From the UHGV virus genome UHGV-0110022: a DNA stretch of 48,769 nt. One strand, given 5' to 3'. Numbering within the stretch: the first letter of the stretch is position 1; the number at the start of each line of letters is the position of its first letter. The notes beneath the pieces are model-generated. The model was not told the DNA's origin. It did no database searches and was given only the letters and a program-made list of their open reading frames with translations. The position numbers and the translations under genes are program-made. Origin of the DNA: a virus. Shown here in pieces: positions 1 to 8,884 of the stretch.

Positions 1-50
1 ATACGCTCTTTAATTTCTTTAATCAGTTCTTTGTCGGTAAAAGTGGTCAT
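1..50 (-). CDS. hypothetical protein, 5' end only (gene runs off the left edge)
   Basis: Minus-strand ATG at 48-50 overlaps the stop of the next gene (TAATG coupling); reads MTTFTDKELIKEIKER leftwards. Confidence 0.3.
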   Translation of the reverse strand, partial: MTTFTDKELIKEIKER

Positions 51-412
51 TATGCTCCAGCCTCCGGTGCTTTTGGCATTACTGCCCAGTGAGTGATATT
101 GACGTTTTCAAGGTCCCCGACCTGAAATGTCCACTGCCATTCTCCGGTTTCTTTTTGTCCCCAGGTGTACCAGAGAGAACGCCAGCCAATTAGCCAGCCT
201 TCTCCATTAGCATCGAATAACAAAACACTTTCATTTGCTGGTGGCAGTTCAGTTGACACTGGTATTACTTTGTTTTCCTGTGCTGCACATTTAGCTTCAA
301 GCGCATCGAATTTACGCACCAGGTATTCAGCATCTGTTTCATTTACTTTCAGATCTCGCGGTACACATCTCCCACGAAGAAACCCTTCCATTTCGAAAAC
401 ATTCATGCGCAT
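50..412 (-). CDS. yfdS: YfdS-like prophage protein (120 aa)
   Basis: 120-aa ORF in the position and size expected after YfdR/YfdQ/YfdP as in prophage CPS-53; overlaps yfdR stop. Confidence 0.5.
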   Translation of the reverse strand: MRMNVFEMEGFLRGRCVPRDLKVNETDAEYLVRKFDALEAKCAAQENKVIPVSTELPPANESVLLFDANGEGWLIGWRSLWYTWGQKETGEWQWTFQVGDLENVNITHWAVMPKAPEAGA

Positions 413-939
413 TTGCGTAACTCCGATAACTCGTTAAAGCGTTCCATAAACATCCCGTAGGCATGGCCCGGTGCCAGTGGAATCACGTTGAACATCTCTG
501 TTGCCGGGATACCTTCCAGTACAGGCCAGAAAGAGCCATCATCAAGCCCGAGATCGCGGCGTTCGGTTGCCAGCATGATGAGATCGGCATATTTCACGGG
601 CGTACTCATAACTGGGGGTAACCCGTATTTCTCACGGATTACGGCGTCTATTTTTTCTTCCATTTGTTTATAGTCAGGAAGAAGGCGTTTCAGTGGTGCG
701 GGAATGTCCTGGCAATACGCTTCTGTTGCATCATGCATTAACGCTTCAAAAGCAAATTCCTGCGGCACCAGCTGGCTGCAAAGAACCGCATGTTGGGCGA
801 CGCTGTAGAAGTGCGAAAGATGACCGGCAAAGCGACAGATATTTGAAAGGGAAACCGCGATATCGTTAATATCGATGTCGTCTTTATTTATCCTGTCATA
901 ATAAAAATGCTTCCCGGAAAAAGTTTTAATAAATGACAT
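403..939 (-). CDS. yfdR: HD-domain 5'-deoxynucleotidase-like protein YfdR (178 aa from MSFIKTF)
   Basis: Sequence recalled as near-identical to E. coli YfdR; HD motif (..HD..E..); GGAGAA RBS 5 nt before ATG at 939, so the ORF-track start at 966 is probably upstream of the true start. Confidence 0.8.
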   Translation of the reverse strand: MSFIKTFSGKHFYYDRINKDDIDINDIAVSLSNICRFAGHLSHFYSVAQHAVLCSQLVPQEFAFEALMHDATEAYCQDIPAPLKRLLPDYKQMEEKIDAVIREKYGLPPVMSTPVKYADLIMLATERRDLGLDDGSFWPVLEGIPATEMFNVIPLAPGHAYGMFMERFNELSELRKCA

Positions 940-1066
940 TTTGTTCTCCACGTATATGCGCTGCACCGCGCTGAATTCTGGTAAAAAGAATCCCTCACCA
1001 TCCGGTGATTATTGAGTAAATTACGTTTCCATAAATGCCCCCGCAGGGGCATTTGCAGTAATGAAA

Positions 1067-1891
1067 TCAGGCGGTGAAAGTACCAATAAAGGTTTCTACT
1101 TTGCTGTCCTTGAATTTCTCAACAAGCAGATCACGAAATTCGTTAGCCATTTCTTCCTGCACCGCCTCCAGCTGAATAATGCGCAGAACCAGTACAGGAC
1201 GATCTCCAGTGATAATACTGAGGCGTAATTTAAACGGACGTTCTTTCAGACCTTCAAACGGAACGCATTTAAATTCAAATGCCACTGGCATAATGTCTTT
1301 GGTCTTCGCTTCGACAGACTCCATCAGGGAGCGTTTGCCGCTGAAGTCATTATCTTCAAAATCAGCGGTCTGGTTTGCTTCAATCGTGATTTTACGGACA
1401 GCCGCAGCCGCTTTTGTTGCCTGAATAGCGTCACCATTAGCATCAAAGCCCACAAGATAGTCGGCCCAGTCTTCAATCCATTCTGCCAGTGACTTCTGGG
1501 AGTTACGCTCGCCGTTAACAGACAACAGAGCAGAGAACGGTGCTGTCTTTTTCAGTTTGAGTGTGGCGGTGTTATCTGCGTGACCTGGTTCATCAATAGT
1601 ACCCAGGTTAAGCACACTGACGGCACGCATATTATCAGCATCGATAAAGCAGCGGGTGCCTTCATCTGCAAGATCTTTAGAATAACGGGTAAAGTCATCG
1701 ATGCTGGCAGTGGAAAGCGCACCACGGAAACGGAAGCGATTTAAATTAAATTTTTCCAGATCATGAATGCGGAAATTCTCAGGCAATGCCACAGCATCGG
1801 CACCAATCTTACTGATAATTTCATTAACACCCTGAGCAGAAATAAGGGCATGGATTTGATTAATTGCGGTTGCGTCTAAGTTCTGAGACAT
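1067..1891 (-). CDS. yfdQ: YfdQ-like DUF2303 prophage protein (274 aa)
   Basis: Length and order match the yfdP-yfdQ-yfdR-yfdS block; GAGGA RBS upstream of ATG. Confidence 0.65.
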   Translation of the reverse strand: MSQNLDATAINQIHALISAQGVNEIISKIGADAVALPENFRIHDLEKFNLNRFRFRGALSTASIDDFTRYSKDLADEGTRCFIDADNMRAVSVLNLGTIDEPGHADNTATLKLKKTAPFSALLSVNGERNSQKSLAEWIEDWADYLVGFDANGDAIQATKAAAAVRKITIEANQTADFEDNDFSGKRSLMESVEAKTKDIMPVAFEFKCVPFEGLKERPFKLRLSIITGDRPVLVLRIIQLEAVQEEMANEFRDLLVEKFKDSKVETFIGTFTA

Positions 1892-1956
1892 AATAAGTCC
1901 TCACTATATAAAGATATTCAGTGATGAGATAAATAATCAGTTAATTAAAAACGATA

Positions 1957-2319
1957 TTAACGACCTGCTGCGCGGAGTTTTCCGTCAGGTTCACCGGCAA
2001 GAGTCAGTAACTGTCCCTGGTCTTCCTGCAGAATAGTCAGGCGACCACCGCGATTGACATACATCGGCGTTTCGGTGGTGTCTTCTTCGGAAATTTTCCC
2101 GCGGTTAGTCGGGCGAACATATGAGAGTTTGTGTTTGATTTTCACACGGTTCTCATCAAATGGTTCGATTTCCAGGTTGAGTGAGACCTTACCTTTGGTT
2201 TTCGTGTTCATCACACCGGAAGCGACTTCACTGAGAACTGCGCCGATTTTGGTTTCAAATACGCCGCCGTCCAGCTCCCCGATAAATGCCTGCACATCAG
2301 TACTGCGTTCGCTAGCCAT
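1957..2319 (-). CDS. yfdP: YfdP-like prophage protein (120 aa from MASERSTD)
   Basis: GAGGAGCAGCAAA-ATG RBS at internal Met of the 226-aa ORF; upstream 106 codons are GC-rich and lack coding character. Confidence 0.5.
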   Translation of the reverse strand: MASERSTDVQAFIGELDGGVFETKIGAVLSEVASGVMNTKTKGKVSLNLEIEPFDENRVKIKHKLSYVRPTNRGKISEEDTTETPMYVNRGGRLTILQEDQGQLLTLAGEPDGKLRAAGR

Positions 2320-2756
2320 TTTGCTGCTCCTCATCATATCGACCCTGCAAGGCCGATTAGTTTCTCCACAAAACAGAGAAGAACACCTGCGGTGGCAGCC
2401 GCTCGGATGGATTGGGTTATGAGCCCGTCGTCCGGTGATGCTCTTCTCTGTTTTGTAAAAAGGACGGTACCAGCCGGAAGCAAGGGTACAAGCTGGTACC
2501 GCCAGGACTACACACAGCATAAAGTTGTGGTGCCGGGTGCCTCCCGGTGCCTGGCGAAGGTTGCACACCAGGCGGGTGGGTATCCACAGAAGGTCGACTG
2601 TCAGCCTCAACCTTAACCCGCGTGCGCTGAGCCGCATTCACCACAACGCTAAGGATTCTCTTTGGTTGAAAATACTTAGCTGTTATGTGCCTGTCTTTTC
2701 ACCACTTCAGGCTCGGTGGTATCCTTTTAAGCCCGTATACATAAAAGGAAAATCAA

Positions 2757-3002
2757 ATGACTTTTGATGAAAAAGAACTTGATAATGCAATTAATAAAAT
2801 CATCGTAACGTCGCTCTTTTCCTGTCTCAGCGACACTCAGCAGAAACAGTTCTACGAATCGGCTTTCAACATGATCGAGCGTTGTTGTTTCTGCGATGCC
2901 GACGAGTTACCTGAAAAAATCAGGAAACAGTTGGCTGATGCTCTTCGAGTGCGACTTTCTGACCAATTTTCTGAAATGTGCTCTCCGAATTTGGACAAAT
3001 AG
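2757..3002 (+). CDS. hypothetical protein (81 aa)
   Basis: AAAAGGAAAA RBS 4 nt before ATG; 3' end overlaps the convergent ORF 2920-3195. Confidence 0.4.
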   Translation: MTFDEKELDNAINKIIVTSLFSCLSDTQQKQFYESAFNMIERCCFCDADELPEKIRKQLADALRVRLSDQFSEMCSPNLDK

Positions 3003-3195
3003 AAAAAGGCCATTTCCATTCAGGGTCTGATGGAAATACTTCAGCCTGTTCCAAAGCACGGCGTAAAGAGAACACAACTCCAGCCATAATCTGATGTTTC
3101 CCATTGGTCCAGCTATCGCCGCTCTGATCTACAGGGGCGGCTATGTCGTATGACCAAACGACTTCACAGTTATTGTTTAAAATCTGGACTTTCAT
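2920..3195 (-). CDS. hypothetical protein (about 91 aa from MKVQILNN)
   Basis: AGGTG RBS before internal ATG; convergent overlap with 2757-3002, so one of the two may be spurious. Confidence 0.35.
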   Translation of the reverse strand: MKVQILNNNCEVVWSYDIAAPVDQSGDSWTNGKHQIMAGVVFSLRRALEQAEVFPSDPEWKWPFSICPNSESTFQKIGQKVALEEHQPTVS

Positions 3196-3401
3196 TTCAT
3201 ACACCTGCTTTAACATGAGTGCCTAGTGGCACAACATGACTCAACGAATCATCCTGGACTTCATATGCCCCAGGCGGCTACTTCGTGGGCGTCCTGCCTG
3301 TTCGTTATCTTTGATATAAAATCTAACTTAACTTAGTTATTATGGCAAGAGAAAACACCAAACTTTTCTTAGTTCGGTGCCTTAGTTAGAGAAGAGAGGT
3401 C

Positions 3402-4028
3402 TTAGAGTTCGTATTGAACTCCTTTGACTACACCAATGATAAGGCAATTACCATTGATAGGGATGTTGGGATACCGAGGATTTAATGGCACTAAAAACTT
3501 TTGAGGGCCATCGATGACTAATTTTTTTACTGTAGCTTCGTTTGTTCCATCAAGTCGAGCGATGACTATTTTTCCATGACGAGGTTCTGCATCTGGATCT
3601 ACAATCACTGTTGCGCCTTCTGGTATTGTTGGGAGGCCATTAGGGTTAGTCATGGAGTCACCTTTAACCTCTAATGCAAATGAGTTATCACCAATCTTTA
3701 ATGATGTATCTACCCACTTGTCCACTTCACTAAACACTTCTGCTGCCCTGCACTCAGTAAACTGCCCAGCCTGAACCCACGATATTACAGGAACTCTGCG
3801 CATGTTTGTGACGAGTTTGCCTTCAAACTCAGCACCATAAAGAATGTAATCTATTGACGTATTGAAGAACTTCGCTAATTTCGAAAGTGCCTCCCCACCA
3901 GGGGTATTGATGTCTTTCTCCCAGTACCCCACAGCAACGTCGCTTACTCCACAAAATTTACCCAATTCTTTCTGGGACGTTCCGGTAACTCTTCTCAGAG
4001 CTTTTATACGCTGACCAACCGTTTCCAT
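3402..4028 (-). CDS. CI-like prophage repressor (HTH-XRE N-terminus plus S24 LexA-like peptidase C-terminus)
   Basis: N-terminal HTH (QKELGKFCGVSDVAVGYWE), C-terminal S24 signature (GDSM...KLV); divergent from a cro-like gene. Confidence 0.85.
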   Translation of the reverse strand: METVGQRIKALRRVTGTSQKELGKFCGVSDVAVGYWEKDINTPGGEALSKLAKFFNTSIDYILYGAEFEGKLVTNMRRVPVISWVQAGQFTECRAAEVFSEVDKWVDTSLKIGDNSFALEVKGDSMTNPNGLPTIPEGATVIVDPDAEPRHGKIVIARLDGTNEATVKKLVIDGPQKFLVPLNPRYPNIPINGNCLIIGVVKGVQYEL

Positions 4029-4046
4029 AGGAGCACCATTTCTTGA

Positions 4047-4115
4047 ATTGCTAAGTAATCTTAGTTTTTATTGACCAAAGATAGATTTGTAATTAGCATC
4101 TAATAAAACTTAGTT
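4047..4115. promoter_or_regulatory. immunity-region operators and PR-like promoter
   Basis: Palindrome CTAAGtaatCTTAG at 4051-4064, second CTTAGTT at 4109-4115, TTGACC(4071-4076)-17 nt-TAGCAT(4094-4099) directed at cro. Confidence 0.45.
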
Positions 4116-4125
4116 TGGAGGGCGT

Positions 4126-4326
4126 ATGACAACTGACGATATCGAAAGCTACTTCGGCAGTATTGAGAAAGTTGCTGCTTTTTTCGGCATAACAACTGAA
4201 GCCGTTTATCAGTGGCGAAACCGTCCGGGCCAGTTAATTCCAAAAGGACGTGCAGCAGAAGCTGCATATAGAACTTGCGGACGGTTGCCATTTAAACCTG
4301 AGCTTTATGAAAAATCTAATGGATAA
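4126..4326 (+). CDS. Cro/YdaS-like small HTH regulator (66 aa)
   Basis: GGAGGG RBS; small HTH protein divergent from the repressor. Confidence 0.6.
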   Translation: MTTDDIESYFGSIEKVAAFFGITTEAVYQWRNRPGQLIPKGRAAEAAYRTCGRLPFKPELYEKSNG

Positions 4327-4915
4327 ATCGATTAACAGAAACCACAGAACGATGAGGCTAACCGTGGGTAAGCATCACTGGAAAGTAGAAAAACAGCCTG
4401 AGTGGTACGTGAAAGCTGTCAGAAAAACTATCGCAGCGTTGCCGGGTGGTTACGCTGAAGCAGCTGACTGGCTGGATGTAACAGAAAACGCATTATTTAA
4501 CCGCCTTCGTGCCGATGGCGATCAGATTTTCCCGCTGGGATGGGCAATGATTTTGCAACGTGCTGGTGGAACTCACTTCATTGCTGACGCTGTGGCGCAG
4601 TCTGCAAATGGCGTCTTTGTGTCTCTTCCTGACGTCGAGGATGTGGACAACGCCGATATTAACCAGCGCCTGCTGGAAGTCATTGAACAGATTGGCAGTT
4701 ATTCCAGACAGATTCGTTCGGCAATCGAAGATGGTGTGGTGGAACCGCATGAGAAGACAGCAATTAACGACGAGCTGTATCTCTCAATTTCGAAGCTGCA
4801 GGAGCATGCAGCACTGGTCTACAAAATCTTTTGCATTTCAGAAAGTAATGACGCCCGCGAGTGTGCAGCTCCGGGCGCCGTGGCGTGTCGTGACTGTGGA
4901 GAAACTAACGCATGA
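4307..4915 (+). CDS. early regulatory protein, CII/YdaT-like (putative)
   Basis: Position immediately after cro; start chosen at internal Met MKNLMDKS (4307), start uncertain. Confidence 0.4.
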   Translation: MKNLMDKSINRNHRTMRLTVGKHHWKVEKQPEWYVKAVRKTIAALPGGYAEAADWLDVTENALFNRLRADGDQIFPLGWAMILQRAGGTHFIADAVAQSANGVFVSLPDVEDVDNADINQRLLEVIEQIGSYSRQIRSAIEDGVVEPHEKTAINDELYLSISKLQEHAALVYKIFCISESNDARECAAPGAVACRDCGETNA

Positions 4916-5090
4916 ACAGTTTAACAACACACTACCGTCGCTCGCAACTGATTGCGCTTCCTGTACCGGGTGGAAAAGCGAAGGTGGAGTATTGCTATGC
5001 AGTTAATGTACCAGGTGACAGGGAAATTGTAACCCACAGCTTTGCTGAGTGGGCTGTGGGTGATTTCAACCGGCAGAAGGAGACAGTCCT

Positions 5091-5270
5091 TTGCGACAAG
5101 TTAACCGCTGGTTCAAAGATCACTACGGAGTGCCCGTCAGAGTCATTCGTTGGGAGCCGGAAACACAACGAGTTATCTACCTCCGCGAAGGCTATGAGCA
5201 TGAGTGCTTCAGCCCGCTCGAACAGTTTCGTCGTAAATTCAGGGAAATAGAGGTCGGTCATGAGCACTAA
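5091..5270 (+). CDS. small hypothetical protein (59 aa, TTG start), not in the ORF track
   Basis: AAGGAG at 5077-5082, 8-nt spacer, TTG at 5091; translation [40 protein letters not shown]... has no internal stop; overlaps the next gene start. Confidence 0.35.
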   Translation: MRQVNRWFKDHYGVPVRVIRWEPETQRVIYLREGYEHECFSPLEQFRRKFREIEVGHEH

Positions 5271-6201
5271 ATTAACCGGCTATGTATGGGATGGTTGCGC
5301 TGCATCAGGCATGAAATTATCCAGCGTGGCAATTATGGCCCGCCTGGCTGATTTCAGTAATGACGAAGGTGTGTGCTGGCCATCAATTGAAACTATTGCC
5401 CGTCAGATTGGCGCGGGGATGAGTACCGTCAGGACGGCTATCGCACGGCTGGAAGCAGAAGGCTGGTTAACGCGTAAGGCGCGTCGCCAGGGTAACCGCA
5501 ATGCGTCGAATGTTTATCAGCTTAACGTTGCGAAGCTTCAGGCAGCGGCATTTTCTCAACTGTCAGATTCTGACCCGTCAAAATCTGACGCATCAAAATC
5601 TGACCCGTCAAAATTTGATGCGTCGAAATCTGGCAAAAAAGCGGGTTTTCACCCGTCAGAATCTGGCGGGGATCCGTCAGTAAAATCAAAACATGATCCG
5701 TCAGATAAAAAACCTTCTCGTCCGGACGCTTCGCAACCGGACACGCAGACGGATGAACAGGATTTTTTAACTCGCCATCCTGATGCGGTTGTATTCAGCC
5801 CTAAAAAGCGCCAGTGGGGAACGCAGGATGATTTGACCTGCGCACAGTGGCTCTGGAAAAAAATCATCGCCCTGTACGAGCAAGCCGCCGAATGTGACGG
5901 CGAGGTGGTTCGTCCCAAAGAACCGAACTGGACAGCCTGGGCAAACGAAATTCGCCTGATGTGTGTGCAGGATGGTCGTACTCACAAACAAATCTGCGAG
6001 ATGTACAGCCGCGTCAGCCGCGATCCGTTCTGGTGCCGTAACGTGCTCAGCCCGTCGAAGTTGCGGGAAAAATGGGATGAGCTTTCCCTGCGCTTATCAC
6101 CGTCCGTCAGCACGTACACCGAAAAACGCGAAGACCCGTACTTCAAATCCAGTTACGACAACGTGGACTACAGCCAGATCCCGGCAGGATTCAGGGGGTG
6201 A
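5260..6201 (+). CDS. replication initiation protein (O-like; N-terminal winged HTH, central repeat linker)
   Basis: N-terminal HTH domain (IARQIGAGMSTVRTAIARLEAEGWL); central pentapeptide repeats encoded by iteron-like DNA repeats. Confidence 0.5.
   Translation: MSTKLTGYVWDGCAASGMKLSSVAIMARLADFSNDEGVCWPSIETIARQIGAGMSTVRTAIARLEAEGWLTRKARRQGNRNASNVYQLNVAKLQAAAFSQLSDSDPSKSDASKSDPSKFDASKSGKKAGFHPSESGGDPSVKSKHDPSDKKPSRPDASQPDTQTDEQDFLTRHPDAVVFSPKKRQWGTQDDLTCAQWLWKKIIALYEQAAECDGEVVRPKEPNWTAWANEIRLMCVQDGRTHKQICEMYSRVSRDPFWCRNVLSPSKLREKWDELSLRLSPSVSTYTEKREDPYFKSSYDNVDYSQIPAGFRG
5563..5710. repeat. iteron-like tandem 15-bp repeats (putative ori) inside the replication gene
   Basis: Five contiguous copies of TCA(A/G)AATCTGAC(C/G)C(G/A) at 5563-5637, further copy at 5656-5670, followed by A-rich stretch. 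Confidence 0.5.
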
Positions 6202-6203
6202 TC

Positions 6204-6692
6204 ATGAGTCTTTTGAATGAAGTTCAGAAATTCATTGAAGCCCATCCGGGATGTACTTCCGGAGACATTGCGGATGCTTTTGCAGGTTACTCACGGCAGC
6301 GCGTTCTGCAGTCAGCAAGCAAGTTACGTCAGAGTGGGCGTGTGGCTCACCGTTGTGAAGGAGATACACGCAGACATTTCCCGCGCCTGACTGAGAGAGC
6401 GCAGGAACCGGAACCACAACCAGTTCGAGAAACCAGACCTGTGCGCAATTTCTATGTCGGCACTAACGATCCACGGGTGATTTTGTACCTGACCCGCCAG
6501 GCTGAAGAACTGGAGTCCAGGGGCTTATACCGTCGTGCTGCAACCGTGTGGATGGCGGCATTCCGTGAAAGCCACTCCCAGCCAGAACGAAACAATTTTC
6601 TGGCGCGTCGTGAGCGGTGCTTACGGAAAAGCAGCAAGCGCGCTGCATCGGGTGAAGAGTGGTATCTGTCAGGGAATTACGTGGGGGCTTAA
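6204..6692 (+). CDS. PerC/ANR-like transcriptional regulator (putative)
   Basis: Motif LESRGLYRRAATVWMAAF resembles PerC-family regulators of enterobacterial prophages; ATG 6204 just after upstream stop. Confidence 0.4.
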   Translation: MSLLNEVQKFIEAHPGCTSGDIADAFAGYSRQRVLQSASKLRQSGRVAHRCEGDTRRHFPRLTERAQEPEPQPVRETRPVRNFYVGTNDPRVILYLTRQAEELESRGLYRRAATVWMAAFRESHSQPERNNFLARRERCLRKSSKRAASGEEWYLSGNYVGA

Positions 6693-7345
6693 TGAGTAAT
6701 AAATATTGCCAGGCGCTGGTGGAACTGCGGAACAAACCAGCCCATGAACTGAAGGAAGTGGGCGATCAGTGGCGCACGCCGGACAACATTTTCTGGGGAA
6801 TTAACACCCTGTTTGGCCCGTTTGTTCTGGATCTGTTTACTGACGGTGATAACGCCAAATGTGCCGCGTATTACACGGCAGAAGATAACGCGCTGGCGCA
6901 TGACTGGTCAGAACGTCTTGCGGAGCTTAAAGGTGCTGCCTTTGGTAATCCCCCATACAGCCGCGCCAGTCAGCATGAGGGGCAATACATCACCGGCATG
7001 CGTTACATCATGAAACATGCCAGTGCCATGCGTGATAAGGGCGGGCGCTATGTTTTCCTGATCAAAGCTGCCACCAGCGAAGTGTGGTGGCCGGAAGAGG
7101 CGGACCATATTGCTTTTATTCGCGGGCGTATTGGTTTTGAACTGCCTGCCTGGTTTATCCCGAAGGATGAGAAGCAGGTGCCGACAGGCGCTTTCTTCGC
7201 TGGTGCTATTGCTGTTTTCGACAAGACCTGGAAGGGACCGGCAATCAGCTACATCGGGCGCGATGAACTTGAGGCATGTGGTGAAGCCTTTCTGGTGCAG
7301 GTTCGCCAGCAGGCGGAAAAACTGGTCAGGGAGATGGCGGCATGA
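6692..7345 (+). CDS. phage DNA N6-adenine methyltransferase (Dam family)
   Basis: NPPY catalytic motif (GNPPYS); TAATG coupling with upstream gene. Confidence 0.7.
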   Translation: MSNKYCQALVELRNKPAHELKEVGDQWRTPDNIFWGINTLFGPFVLDLFTDGDNAKCAAYYTAEDNALAHDWSERLAELKGAAFGNPPYSRASQHEGQYITGMRYIMKHASAMRDKGGRYVFLIKAATSEVWWPEEADHIAFIRGRIGFELPAWFIPKDEKQVPTGAFFAGAIAVFDKTWKGPAISYIGRDELEACGEAFLVQVRQQAEKLVREMAA

Positions 7346-7668
7346 CGACGTTAACTCAATGCCAGCAGCAGGTGCTGGATATGCTGATTTCTTACCAGAA
7401 AGAGCGTGGCTTTCCGCCAACCAATCAGGAGGTGGCAACCATGCTGGGATACCGTTCAGTGAATGCAGCGGTGGAGCATCTTCGCGCACTGGAGAAAAAA
7501 GGCGTCATCACGATAAAGCGTGGCGTGGCCCGGGGAATAACGCTTCATACCGCGGTGAAGGACGACGACAGCGAGGCGGTCGGGATTATCCGCTCACTGC
7601 TTGCCGGTGAGGAAAACGCCAGGCTGCGTGCAGCCCACTGGTTACATGAGAGGGAGCTGAAAGTATGA
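7342..7668 (+). CDS. LexA N-terminal DNA-binding-domain protein (no peptidase domain)
   Basis: Resembles LexA residues 1-70 (QQQVLDMLISYQKERGFPPTNQEVATMLGYRSVNAAVEHLRALEKKGVI); only 108 aa. Confidence 0.6.
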   Translation: MTTLTQCQQQVLDMLISYQKERGFPPTNQEVATMLGYRSVNAAVEHLRALEKKGVITIKRGVARGITLHTAVKDDDSEAVGIIRSLLAGEENARLRAAHWLHERELKV

Positions 7669-8054
7669 AGCTAATACTGCCTTTTCCGCCCAGCGTGAAC
7701 ACGTACTGGCGACACCCCAACAAAGGGGCGTTTGCTGGTAAGAGCCTGATAAGCGCGGCGGGGCGAAAATTCCAGAGCGCGGCGAGCGCAGCAATAGTTG
7801 AGCAGTTACGTCGTCTGCCGAAACCAACGTCGGCACCTGCTTCAGTGGAGATCGTGTTGTTTCCTCCGGATAACCGGATCCGCGATCTGGACAACTATAA
7901 CAAGGCGCTGTTTGACGCCCTGACCCACGCGGGTGTGTGGGAAGACGACAGCCAGGTGAAAAGAATGCTGGTGGAGTGGGGACCGGTTATCCCGGAAGGG
8001 AAGGTCGAGATCACTATCAGTAAGTACGAGAAAACGGCGGGTGCAGCCGCCTGA
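7665..8054 (+). CDS. rusA: Holliday junction resolvase RusA
   Basis: RusA motifs LPFPPSVNTYWRH and RIRDLDNYNKALFDALTHAGVWEDDSQV. Confidence 0.85.
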   Translation: MKLILPFPPSVNTYWRHPNKGAFAGKSLISAAGRKFQSAASAAIVEQLRRLPKPTSAPASVEIVLFPPDNRIRDLDNYNKALFDALTHAGVWEDDSQVKRMLVEWGPVIPEGKVEITISKYEKTAGAAA

Positions 8055-8073
8055 TTAAGAGGAGAAACGAAGT

Positions 8074-8883
8074 ATGAATAATCTGATGGTCATTGATGGT
8101 ATTGAAGTTCGTCGTGATGCTTATGGGCGTTACAGCCTGAACGATCTGCATCGCGCAGCAGTAGCATCTGGTGCAAATGCCAGAACCAAGGAGCCAGGAA
8201 AGTTTCTTTCCAGCCAACAAACTGTTGAGCTTGTTCATGAATTGACCAACACCCAGAATTTGGGTGTTGACCCGGTGAGTGTGATTCATGGGGGAAATGA
8301 ACGGGGAACGTATGTCTGCAAAGAACTGGTGTATGCCTATGCAATGTGGATCAGCCCGTCATTCCATCTGAAGGTGATCCGTACTTTCGATATGGTAACC
8401 AGCACACCGGAAAAATTATCCGGGCAGGCTGCAGACAAGATGCAGGCTGGCGTGATCCTGCTGGACTTTATGCGCCGGGAATTAAACCTGTCTAACTCAT
8501 CAGTGCTTGGAGCCTGTCAGAAGCTTCAGGAGGCTGTTGGCTTACCGAATCTGGCACCGCGCTATGCCATTGATGCTCCTGCTGACGCGCCCGATGGCTC
8601 AAGTCGCCCCACGCTGTCGCTGAGTGCACTGCTGAAACAGTATGGTATCCGCCTGACGGCTAATCAGGCATATCACCAGATGGTGAAGCTGGGGATCGTT
8701 GAACAACGCGAACGATACAGCCGTACCGCGATTAACAACATCAAAAAATTCTGGTCGCTGACGGCGAAAGGCTGCATGTTCGGCAAGAACATCACCAGTC
8801 CTGCAAATCCACGCGAGACGCAGCCGCATTTCTTCGAATCCCGATTCCCTGAGCTGTTAAAGCTGCTCGATACCGTTCATTGA
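8074..8883 (+). CDS. KilA-N domain protein (antirepressor-like)
   Basis: N-terminal KilA-N signature (YSLNDLHRA...YVCKELVYAYAMWISP); GAGGAG RBS. Confidence 0.7.
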   Translation: MNNLMVIDGIEVRRDAYGRYSLNDLHRAAVASGANARTKEPGKFLSSQQTVELVHELTNTQNLGVDPVSVIHGGNERGTYVCKELVYAYAMWISPSFHLKVIRTFDMVTSTPEKLSGQAADKMQAGVILLDFMRRELNLSNSSVLGACQKLQEAVGLPNLAPRYAIDAPADAPDGSSRPTLSLSALLKQYGIRLTANQAYHQMVKLGIVEQRERYSRTAINNIKKFWSLTAKGCMFGKNITSPANPRETQPHFFESRFPELLKLLDTVH

Positions 8884-8884
8884 G

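Noticed and set aside
1957-2637. 226-aa minus-strand ORF as a single long gene
   Set aside because: Only the last 120 codons have an RBS-preceded start (2319) and protein-like composition; the upstream part is GC-rich and reads as low-complexity Arg/Cys-rich sequence.
5563-5670. Tandem repeats as a CRISPR array
   Set aside because: Repeats are 15 bp, contiguous without spacers, and in-frame within a coding sequence; no cas genes nearby.
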